Source of the DNA: Nemertoderma westbladi
Lineage: Eukaryota > Animalia > Xenacoelomorpha
Direction: 5' to 3'
Assembly (NCBI GenBank): GCA_032718475.1
Contig: JAUCBJ010007359.1
Coordinates: forward strand, 66,802 to 130,801
DNA: 64,000 nucleotides
Part shown: positions 11,343 through 22,677 of the stretch, piece by piece
How positions within the stretch are numbered: position 1 is the stretch's first letter
Layout of the letters: each line of letters starts with the position of its first letter
Position numbers and translations under genes: made by a program
Notes under the pieces: model-generated
The model's database searches: none
Seen by the model: the letters and a program-made list of their open reading frames with translations, nothing else
Told to the model about the DNA's origin: nothing

Positions 11343-14300
11343 ATGGCTGACACAAGGCAAACTCTGTCAGATAGTCTCCTAGAAACAACAGCCTGTTTCT
11401 CAGATCAAAGTGTAGAGAATCCCAGACCGAGGTCTGAAACCCCTCATACTGTAAGAAGGGCAACCCCTGCAGTGGTTGTGTCAGAACCTAGGTTGGTAGG
11501 AGCGATTTCGCAATTTGCGAAGTTAGTGAAGCGCCGTTGGTCTGCCATAGGCAATCGGGCCCAAGTCAAGCGGGATCAAGAAGCAGCTATAAAACAGCAG
11601 CAACCTCCTAGCCAAGAACCTAGTTCTCAGCGGCCCGATAACTCCAGTAGTTCGGATACTGTTGAGCGGACGCCAGAACGCGGAGCGAAGATGGCGGATA
11701 CGGTTTATGATGAGCGGCCAACCTATGAAGAATCAACCGACGCCACTTCTTCTCAAGTGGAAAGCGAAGTGGAAAGCGAATTAACAGCAGCAGAGAAGCC
11801 GCGAACTAGAGACGCCATTGACATCTATCTGTCAGACTATCAGCGATTCCTAGGAGACGAAGAGTTGAGGAGACGACTGTCTGGACTTCGCCCTAATAGT
11901 GAAGGAACCAAGCTTGTGTTGGACGCAATCGATGCGGAAATGTTAGCTGCAAACCAAGCTAAATTTGATGAAAAACTCCGCCTCGCTAGAGTCCAAGAAG
12001 AACAAGTAAAGAAAAAACGGATAGAGGACCGAAAGGCAGCAGCAGTAGCAGCGGCAATGGCAGAAGCAGAAGTGGAAAGAAAGATGGCAATGGCGGCAAA
12101 GGCAGTGGCAGAAGCAGAACGGAGAGCATCTGAGGAGACTACCCAACTGGAGTTGGAAAATCTGCAAGAGACGCAAGACTGCATAAATAAACAGTTAACT
12201 GCTAGTCAAATGCAGATGATGAGGCGATCTACTCCCAAACGCCAAGGATACACATCATCGGAGGAAGGCGAGACCACCGATCCTGAAGGCGGAGGAAATA
12301 GATCTCGTCTAAGCAGGCGTAGAAAAACATCTCACCGTCACAAATTGCCTGATTTGCCCCCAGCGGTTAGAAGACAACTAGCTAGCACAGACTTAGGTAG
12401 TACAGAACCCACAGACCAAATTATTAAGGTCAAAAGACTCCCTACTATAGTTGATGAGCCTGAAATAATTAGGCCTGTCGTTCCCAAAGCCACTCCTGTG
12501 CTAGAGACACCTGTACTTCCAGAGCTTAACTCTAAATTCCCTCTACACAGTACTACACTGCCTGTACCCGGTAGAACAGTCCATGCGAATATCCCTGTCC
12601 TGGACACTGAGAGAGAAATCAAAGATTTGTCTCCCGTCGTCCCGCGTCTGCCCGCTACAATGTTGGCGACTCCCGCTTCGGCGGTCGAGTGGGGACGGCG
12701 GGGGATGAATCTCCTGCTCGGACAGATGCAGGAGACTGTCCACCAACTCAAGGGAACATTAAGGGAAAGTAGGGTAGAATTGCAAGAAGTGCAGCAAAGC
12801 ATCGCGCTAGAACGCGACAAATTAGTCAATATACAAAAGGGTATACCAATACCCCCTGTAACATTGTGTCAACCTGTTAGGTCTGAAGTATTACATGCGC
12901 AAGGTGTGGAGCCTACACGCATCTATACTGCTAGTGAAGTAGAAACTCCTATAGCAAACCCTATTAAGGGTGATTATAAACTTGTTGTTAATGATATTCC
13001 CTATAGACCTGATAATAATCCGAGAAATTTATATAACGATAATTCGATATTAAATAATACGATGGCCCAAGAAAGCTTTACGCGTCAGATGGCTAGAACA
13101 GAAGCCCGCCAAGCGGTCAAAGTGGGAGAAATCGTCAAATTCAATGGAGATGAGATGAAATGGTTATCTTTCAATGAATATTACAAAGATAGCATACAGA
13201 ACTCTGCACTATCTAACGGAGAGAAACTTAGATTCCTCATCAAGTGCTTGGAAGGACCTCCCAAGTTAATGGCGTTAAAGTTTATTGGACATCCAGATGG
13301 ATTAAGACAAGTTTGGGATACATTAAACATCAGGTATGGTAACAAGGATAACATAGCTAAGTATTTGTATACAAAATTAGTAGCCCCCTGAAAGTTCCTT
13401 AGTAGCGGGATTATAGAGTTTTCCGATGAGATTCAGGAGATCTGTAGACAATTGGATTGGTTAGGTAAGTCTCATGAATATCAGAGTTCCATGGTTATTG
13501 GAGCCGTAGTCTCTACTTTACCAAAGGGTGGAGTATGTACACGCTGGGACAAGAAAGTGTTGTATATGAATGAGCAGCAACGACGAGGCCCTACCATGGC
13601 TGATCTCATGTCCTTCTTAGATAGTGAAGTAAAATTACAACTCATAAAGCAGTCCAGAGAGAAAACATCGGAAAATAAGGTAAGTGAGAAACCCATTTCT
13701 AGGAGAAGGGTAACACCAGTGTGTTATACTGACGACGGCGAAAGCCAAGCTTCTCAAGAAGAGGACAGCGGGAAAGACACAGCAAAATCTTACTATGACA
13801 ACAAGACCTATAAAGACGTAAGTAAATATAAGTCTCGAACCAGTGACAGGAGAGAACAGGTAACAACAACTCCTCCTACGTCTCCTAAGAGAATTCACGG
13901 AAGAAAGCCCGAAGAAAGAACGAGAGTGCATAACGTTGCCCAAGGTAAAGTGAGTAACATCAAACCAAAATGTGCGCTGTGCGACGGGCCCCACCGTTTG
14001 AGTGTGTGTGCTGAATTCCTAAAGAAACCCCTGGTAGACAGACGTGAAGTCATGTGGGATAAGCGGTTATGCTATAATTGCCTCAGACAAGGACACCAAC
14101 GGCGAACCTGTTACTCCGACATAAGGTGTGCAAAGTGCGGTGCGAAACATCACATCTTGTTACACAGTGAATTCGAACGAAACAACCCGAGTCAGGTAAG
14201 TGAGCCCGAACTACATGTCCAATTCAGTGATGTAAATGACACTGATCAAGAATCTGAGATGGAAGGATTCTATACGGACGAATTCTCCGACGCCAACGAA

Positions 14301-15401
14301 TCCTGTTACCTAATAAATACCGCAGTGTATCGAGCACTTATGTATGAAAAGGACACCGACAATGAGTTCCCCCCAACTACCTTTGACAGACAACCATCTT
14401 GGAAACCTCCAACTTCCAACGTAGGAATCAGAGAATTTCCTGTGGTGCAGGTAAGAGTTCACGGTCCTAACAAAAGTTACATAGTGAACGCCCTCCTTGA
14501 CTCCGGCAGCACAGGTCCATTCATCGATCAAGAACTAGCCGAAGACATCTTTGCTGGACAACCCAAATTCCGAACTAAGTTGAATATGTCAGGAATTATG
14601 CAGGTGAAATCTACCATAACGGCAGATTACTATGTAGGTGTGTTGTCCACCCCCCAGGATAAATTAGGAGAACAAAGTATAAGGTCAGTAAAAATGGTGG
14701 CTATAAAGAACTTCGCTACTACCCAAGTAGAACCTTATAACTGGGACGAGGACAAGAGCATCCAGCAGCTTAAGATACCTCGATTCCACACAGATTATCC
14801 TGGAGTGCAAATACTCATCGGCCAAAACGCGCATGAGGCGCTAGAGACATTGGAGAAACGGCCTGCTCAACCACAGCCACTACAAACCTATGCGGTAAGA
14901 ACTAGAGTAGGTTGGTACTTCACTGGCCCTTCCCGTAGAACTCTCAAAGAGAGATTACCTCAAGAACAGGTATACCAGGTAAAGGAATGGGAAGTGGAGA
15001 GCAGTGAGGTGGACGACCCAACTGAGAGAACACCATACTCCTCAGATAATGACGATATTAACTCCACTATAGATCAATGGAGACATTGCCTTGGGACGAT
15101 TAATCCAGCCGACATTGCTTCCAGAGGAGCAACTCCTCAAGAACTGATAGATACTCCAGGCTGGTTAGGTGGATCCAACTTCTTAAGTAAAGAAGAAGAA
15201 GAATGGCCTCCTCATCTTACCACGGCGGAGATTAGACAGGCCAAGGGAGCGGAGAAAGTAACACAACAACTCAATCGCCCAGCTGGTCGTTTATGTTTAC
15301 TGGAAAGAGACCGAAAACTGTCCGGAAAATATGGAAGGCAAGATACTCTTCCTACGACCACTTCCCTAATCCGACAAATATCTAGGGACTCCATAACGTA
15401 A
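11343..15401 (+). CDS. gag-pro: BEL/Pao Gag-protease polyprotein (~1350 aa) interrupted by one in-frame TGA at 13389-13391
   Basis: ORFs 11343 and 13452 share a frame, and the outer copy has CGA (KLVAPRKF) at the stop. DUF1759-like KFNGDEMKW..F...I; three Cys/His knuckles; ALLDSGS protease; NPADIASRG RNase H C-terminal relic. Confidence 0.88.
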
Positions 15402-15914
15402 TAACATAGGGAGTGGGCGTGTGACTATATCATTTTATATTTGTTTTTATTTTATATTTATGTATGTATTATTATGTAATTTTATTATAATCGTTTTCTT
15501 TAATTTTATTTAGTAGAATGTTATTTTAGTGATTATTTAGTAGATTAGTGCAATATATTAGTGTTTATTACGTACGTAATTACTTATAATATATATTTAG
15601 TGCGACGGCGAGAAATAATTATTTTTCTCTTTCCTTACTGTCCATATCATATTATAAATACGTGACTACATTAAGATGAAATGTCCGTACTTATTAAAGT
15701 ACAATAAAGCCACTACTATATTCAAGTATTATTGGTAGGCAGAGTATTAGGAATGCAAAGTTCAGATCCTCGTGTCTCGGCTAAACCAAGCTCTGGGTAG
15801 ACCTTGGAAACGACTTGCCTCTTCACACTGACATTGCTTCGTGCGATATTGCTCTCATACCATATATAATAATACATATAGTAGCGTGATGTCCCTCTAA
15901 CAGTAGCGTGAAAC

Positions 15915-16240
15915 GCAAATAAATCTGTTAAACCTTTTGACCATCTGTAATTCTAGTCGATTAAGATATCGCGGCACCCACCGATATACTTGAAAGACAA
16001 ATTCTAGAATCAGTGGTTAACGTCCCCAGACAAGTTCTGGAATAAATTGGTGCCCATCTCAAATATTAATTATTTAATATTTACAAATCTATAAATCAAA
16101 ATCTGTAAAATTCAGATCCTTTAACAATTCTAGTCGATTAAGATATCGTAGCACTTACCGATACTCTTAAAAGACAATTTTCATAGAATTAAGGATCCTA
16201 TGTCCCCAGACCTGCTCTGGAATCAAATTGTGTCAATTGT
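15915..16240 (+). repeat. Diverged ~177-bp duplication in the 3' non-coding region
   Basis: AATTCTAGTCGATTAAGATATCG at about 15949 and 16126. The outer element has the same duplication at about 4750-5130. Confidence 0.7.
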
Positions 16241-17049
16241 ACTATCAAATAATAAAATTTCTGGGAATAAATTTAAATTCATATTTTAATGAATTTGATA
16301 AATTGTCATTCTGTGCAATTTATAACATTCCCAAAATCCCATTAATTAATAGATCACGGGAGCGGAGATTCATCCTATGAAGTGTGTTAGAGTGTGAGAA
16401 TCTCCCATGTATGAGTCAATAGCCGATAAATTTTATAAAATCATGTATAAACGAGATATTGGACCATTAAAGAATTACTATTAAATAGCATCCCAGATCT
16501 GTATGCATTGGAATTACCCTAATTCTACCGCTAGCTTTCCATAATGTCACCATAGTAACACTCACGCTAGAATTAGAAGCAAGTTAAAAAGAACAATAGA
16601 AAGCTTGCCCCATTGCATAGTAAGAAATAAATAGCGCACTGCTAGTATCCAAGGATACATAATAATAACGTGGCATTCTGGAAGGCACTGACTAACGGAC
16701 AAATGGCCCGAGTATGTGTAATTTGTGACAGTTGTGTGTGTGGAATTTGTGAGTTTATAGGCGAATGTTACTACTAAGGTGTGTTTACAGTAGCGAGTCG
16801 CAATTGTGAAAGTAACCCTAACTCTCCAGTAAGAACCTGAAGTGTATCTAAGCCTTTGGGACGGACAGTGGAGTAACTTGTGCTAGTGTCGTTGTCGTTG
16901 TGTAGCTACACGTTGGCGGAAAACACAGCGACGACGATACATTTGCCCTGAGGATCATACACTGTCCGGGGGCTGATTGGGGTAGGCAGCGACGCTCGCT
17001 AGCCTTATTATAAGCTCATTATAATATTAATAAACTCATATATAGCAGA

Positions 17050-17720
17050 TATAACGGAGTTGATAGAAGATGGTCTTGGTATCGGGGAGCGATATACTCT
17101 ACCTTTACAAGTGTTTGTTGATAGCTTGATACGCGGCGACGCTAGTCCAACTACTACGGAGGACGATGGTCGTTATATCGAACCGACGATTTCCTAGAAG
17201 CAACTTACGCGTGAATTGGACTATGGAAAATTCACCGCTCGCTACACGCATCGTAATAGTACGTATATGGACTTCTTAACCATTGGCCATTCTATCGATT
17301 CACACGATACGGACTATGTCGAACATATATCCTACCCAGCGGAGTCGGAACGATAAACTGAAATTCGAATGCGAAAATTCTATTCGAAATCGACTCGAAA
17401 GAAAAGACATTAGAGAGACAAATGGACGCGGTAACTCTAACGTATATTTGGAATTCTTGATAGAAGCATTGTAACAACAAATAAATATCATCCGTGTTTC
17501 CCCTACCAGACGTGCGTCTTTGGTATTATTACGATAAATGCCCTAGACCCAACTAGTAGGCGGAAGGACATAAACATCCACGGAAACCGAAACTTGTTCG
17601 ACATATCACCTATGCTCGCTCGACTCAGATGATCCTTGAGTAAACCTACGATCATAGTTCCGGAATACTCGGTCAGACCACCTCATTCCTTGATTAGACC
17701 TCAGACTTTCGATTCTGATG
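17050..17720 (+). pseudogene. Decayed second ORF of inner element
   Basis: ITELIEDGLGIGERYTLPLQVFVDSLIRGDAS...S*KQLTRELDYGKFTARYTHRNSTYMDFLTIGH, homologous to 3100-3940 (-). Confidence 0.6.
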
Positions 17721-18405
17721 GTATCCCGGATCCTCACGAACTGTATTCACTGTTCAAAGATCTAGTGCTACCCTAACAATTAATCGGTAACACTCCGGCA
17801 GCGAGCTCTAGCTAGCCGCCCATCTTACCTAGCCGTATTGGGACGCGGACACCTAATATCACCATTCAACTGTATGGTCGTCCCAGTTTAACGCGATACA
17901 ACCCTTCATCAAGGTGAAGGAGAGCGTTGTACGAAACGAGTTAAACGCTATTCTACAAAGATCAGAAAGGAAACCTGCGTTTGTTCAGATAAACGTAAGT
18001 TATAACAGCAAGTCCAAGCGGTAAACGAATTGGCTTATCTCAGTTCGATTGGGAAATCTTGAATCTCTAAGAAGATATCGAGCTTTGACAACCCTATTCT
18101 CTGCGAGAGTTTTGGACGAGCGTGTCCAACGACAAGCGGAGGAAAATCAGCTCGAGGAGAAGCAGATCAAAATGGACGAGACACTGACCGTAACCCTAAA
18201 CCTTCTGATGCAATGGTATTGCACCCTTCACCCAGGAGTTACAGCCCTCCTAGTAAAGTGGCTCGCCCCAAAGAGAAAAGAACTCTTGCTAGCCTCAAAA
18301 AGCTGCGTAAACGCCGTCCGCGTAAGAAAGACTAACTGTTTAGAGTATTTTTATATTTTAGAAACTGTGATTTGTTATATTTTATAGACTTAAATCCCAT
18401 TTTCT

Positions 18406-18413
18406 GGGAGCGG
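18406..18413 (+). promoter_or_regulatory. Polypurine-tract-like site
   Basis: GGGAGCGG directly abuts the 3' LTR; identical at 214-221. Confidence 0.65.
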
Positions 18414-19620
18414 TGTAAAGGCTTTTGCGTAATTAGCCGGTTATTTTCCCCATGAAGTACTCTGTAGTTGGTTTACCAGGCATAAAAGGGCCGTGTCCTT
18501 ACTGTACTGGTGTTTTAGAGGACATAAAAGTAATTTCTTCTGTATGTGTACTTTAGCGGACATAATCCGCAATTCCATGACGCAAAAGCCGAAATACTCT
18601 TGGAACAGTGTAGTTACTAAGACGACAGCTAATAGCTGAGCTGTACATGTGGAGCCTCTGCACGGAGCCTTGGTTCTTTGTTCTGCTCAGCTCAAATGAC
18701 GACATCTATCAGCTGTGTCCACGTCAGTTCGACCAATCAGAGATTTTCCCTTTGTGTAAAAGCTGTACAGCAGAATCCCATGATTCAGTACTGACGTTTC
18801 CCCCACGCCTGGCCGTGGAATGTTTTCTAACATTAGAGCGTCTTTAATTATAAGATCATCAAACTGTTATCTCGGTACTGACTACAGCACCTCGGTTTTG
18901 CACCTCGGTCTTGGTCAACTTGGTTAAGTACACTTGCATTATTTGCTGCTATTTACTGTGTTGTTAATTGTATCGTTCGTTTACATATTATTATTGGGAA
19001 GAATATTGATAACGATCCGAAAACCCAATCTTCTTGATACACTAAGGTTAGAGAGACCGGTTACATATAACAATTTGCGACATACATTATCGTGGTTTGT
19101 AGTGAATTCAATGCTACCTAATAGGCCCTACAAATGTCGGTTGTTATTCTCTTTATATATGATTAAAATCAGTGAATGTCGGCAATTCAGTGTGCAGTTG
19201 TGTGCAATAGTCTGTGTGTGCTTGACCGAGTAACAAAGCATTTCCTAAAGAATGCACTTTGGTGATCTATAAGACATACTGTTGTGTATAGTGTAAGTCA
19301 TAGCTCTGTTTAAATAGATAGAGCGCCACGTCCTAAAGGAACTGCTAATATTTCCCGAAAGTGAATAATATTCGTCAGAGATTATATATTAACGATCAAT
19401 CGAATAGTACGGTAGGCCTGCACCGCAATCAAATTAAAGCATCCAAATCCAGTCTCCCGGGTATATCCAGCGGGTGAATGGTCGCGCACAGACTGGCTTT
19501 GGCTAATGTTAGAATTATTATAGGTGTTCAATACTTGTCATAGGCTGGAGTAGATTTATAACCTAGAAGACATATAGATTTGGCGGGTTAAACTGCCAAA
19601 GGTCTTCAAAAGCGCGAACA
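18414..19620 (+). repeat. 3' LTR of inner element (1207 bp)
   Basis: TGTAAAGGC...GCGAACA followed by the TSD GGTAT. Confidence 0.93.
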
Positions 19621-19625
19621 GGTAT

Positions 19626-22351
19626 TCCTGAGACTTACCTAACCAATCTAACTGTCTACAGATCTCCTGAATTTCATAGGAAAACTCTATAATCCCGCTG
19701 CTAAGAAACTTTCGAGGCGCTACTAATTTTGCATACAAATACCTAGCTATGTTAGTCCTATTACCATACCTGATGTTTAGTGTATCCCAAACTTTTCTCA
19801 ATCCGTCTGGATGTCCAATAAACTTTAATGCCATTAACTTGGGAGGTCCTTCCAAGCACTCGATGAGGAATTGAAGTTTCTCTCCGTTGGATAGTACAGA
19901 GTTCTGTTTGTTATCTTTATAATATTCATTAAAAGGTGACCATTTCATCTCATCTCTATTGAACTTGACGACCTCTCCTACCTTTACCGCTTGACGGGCT
20001 TCCGTTCTGGCCATCTGACGTGTAAAACTTTCTTGAGCCATTGTATTATTTAATATCGAATTATCGGTATATAAATTTCTCGGATTATGATCAGATCTGT
20101 ATGGGATATCATTATCAACAGGCTTATAATTACCCTTAAGAGGGTTTACTATAGGAGTTTCTACTTCGCTAGCAGTATAGATGCGTATAGGCTTCACACC
20201 TTGCGCATGAAATACTTCAGACCTAATGGGCTGACACATTGTTACAGGGGGTGGTGGTATACCCATTTGTATATTTACTAATTTATCACGCTCTAAAGCG
20301 ATACTTTGTTGTACTTCTTGCAACTCTAACCTACTCTCTCTTACTGTTCCATTTAACAGCTGAACAGTCCTTTCCAATTCTCGGACTTGCTGGGAAGATT
20401 GATTTTTATGCGCTTCCAGCTGTCCGAGCAGCTGCTCCATCCCCCGTCGTCCCTCGTCCACCCACTCAACCGCGGAGGCGGGAGACACCAACTTGGTAGC
20501 TGGATGGCACATCGGGACGACGGGAGACAGTTTATTGATATTGTCTTGCTCGGCGTCCAGGACTGTTTGGGATTCTGTCAGTTGTCGACTGGGCACAGGT
20601 AGTTTGGTACTGTGCAAAGGGAAGTTAGAGTTAGGTTCTGGAAGTACAGGGGTCTCTATATGAGGAATGGCTTCGCTAACAGGCCTAATTATTTCGGGCT
20701 CATCTACTATAGTAGGGAGTCTTTCTACTCTAATAATCTGGTCTGTAGGTTCCTGATTACTTAAGTCTACATTAGCTAGTTGCCTTCTCACCGCAGGAGG
20801 CAAATTAGGTAACTTCTGCCGGTGTGGCGCTCTTCTACGTCCGCTTGAACGAGATTTATTACCTTTACCCTCGGGATCCATTGTATCGCCTTCATCAGAG
20901 GAGCTAAATCCCTGTCTTCTGGGAGTAGATCGACTCAGTAGTTGCATCTGAGTTGCTGCCCTTTGTTTATTTAAGTAATCTTGTTTCGCCTGAAGATTCT
21001 CCAACTCTAGTTGGGTTGTCACTTCAGATGACTTCCGTTCGGCATCTGCCACTGCCGCTTTTCTTTCAGCCTCTGCCGCTGCCACCTTCCTTTCAGATTC
21101 TGTCGCTGCCGCTTTTCTTTCAGATTCTACCACTGCCGCCTTCCTTTCAGATTCTGCCGCTGCTGCTGACCTTTCATATTCTGCCACTGCCGCCTTCCTT
21201 TCAGATTGTGCCGCTGCTGCTGACCTTCGGTCTTCTATTTGCCTTTTCTTTATTTGCCTTTCTTGGTCCATAGTGATGAGGATGCTTTCATCAAATTTAG
21301 CCTGCTCTGCAGCTAATATTTCCCCATCTAAAGAATCTAACAAGAATTTGGCTCCCTCACTATTGGGGTGAAGTCCAGCTAGCCGTCTCCTTAGCTCTTT
21401 GTCACCTATAAATCGTTGATAATCCGACAGATAGATGTCAATAGCATCCTTCTTCTGAGGTTTCTCGGATATCGCTTCGCCTTCCACATGAGAAAAGGTG
21501 GCATCTGTTGATTCTCCTTGGGTTATGCGCTCAGTTAGCTGAACTTTCCATTGTGTCGTTCCCTGGACCTTAACATTCACTCGCTGGAACCAAGTCTTTA
21601 CAGCCACTTGCAACGACGTGTCTTGGCTTCTCTTCGAGGCTTCCTCAAAGGCTGAAAGGATTAATCTGATCCGCAAGATACGTTCTTGCACTTGATAAAG
21701 CAGCTCTCCCTGCCCTTGAGGTCCTTTAGGTTGTTGGAATAAATGTTCTTCTAGTCGTTCCAAGGAGTTGAAGAATCCCTGGACGTATCCTGCTGCTGAC
21801 CTCTTCCATACAGCTGGATCTCGAATGTCCCTTACTATCCCCATTCGGTATAAGTTCTTCGTTCTTAGTTCTTCCATCGTGTATCCCGCATAACTGTCCC
21901 TGGTCGATCTCTTATTTCTCATCCAATCCGCTTGATGTTCCTCCACAGCTATCAATACTCTAGTGAGTATGGCCCCAGGAAGAATTAGAAGTGGATCTGG
22001 ATAAACCGCTTCTTCCATCCTTGCTCCGATCTCGGGCGTTAACCGTGTCGGTTTCCGACACTCTTCAGTGTCGGAACTAGAGTTATTCTGCCGTTGAGAA
22101 ATAAGTTCTCGGTTCGGGTGCTGCTGCTGTTTAACAGCCGTCTCTTGGTCTCGCTTAACTTGAGCCCTAGTGCCTATAATAGACCTACGGTGCTTTACTA
22201 GCCTAGGGTCTGATACCACTACTGTAGGGATAACCTTTCTTACAGTAGGAGGGGATTTAGACTTCGGTCTGAGATGTTCTATAGTTTTATCTGGGTCACA
22301 TATCGTTCTTTCTAGGAGACTATCTGACAGTGTTTGCTTTGTGTCAGACAT
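19626..22351 (-). pseudogene. gag: Outer element Gag N-terminal ~909 codons, truncated by the inner insertion
   Basis: Open frame homologous to 11343-13480. The ORF-track tail (LFALLK...) is read-through into the inner LTR. Confidence 0.88.
21035..21230 (-). repeat. 27-bp coding tandem repeat (about 6-7 x ERKAAAAES) in Gag coiled coil
   Basis: GCCGCCTTCCTTTCAGATTCT-type units are visible in the sequence and in the translation. Confidence 0.85.
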
Positions 22352-22677
22352 AATTTATTTTACAGTTGAATGCCTACTACTATAATGACAGTTAAAGCAA
22401 GTCTAGGAATCAGTATCAACTATCAGCCTAGTAGTTAGTTACCGATACCGTTACTCAGTGTAACTTGATATATTTAATATTAAAATACCGGTATACACTT
22501 ATAGTATATATAAAGTATTATTACAGACTACCGGGGTTAATTTAACTATAACGGTATGTATAACAAGCACAATTACTGTAGGAATAAACTTGGGGAATTG
22601 GAGGTTGCGAATACTCGCATAAACTCTGAATAATAAATATTATGCTACCCGTACAGACTATTCAAATAAAACACAGA

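Larger units (their letters stand above)
7894..19620 (+). mobile_element. Structurally complete 11.7-kb non-autonomous BEL/Pao LTR retrotransposon ('inner')
   Basis: Paired LTRs with TGT...ACA ends, 5-bp TSD GGTAT (7889-7893 and 19621-19625), PPT-like tract before the 3' LTR, gag-pro ORF, no RT or integrase motifs. Confidence 0.93.

Noticed and set aside
13389-13391. Programmed stop-codon read-through between gag and pro
   Set aside because: The stop lies within the Gag core domain, and the related copy has CGA, so C-to-T decay is simpler.
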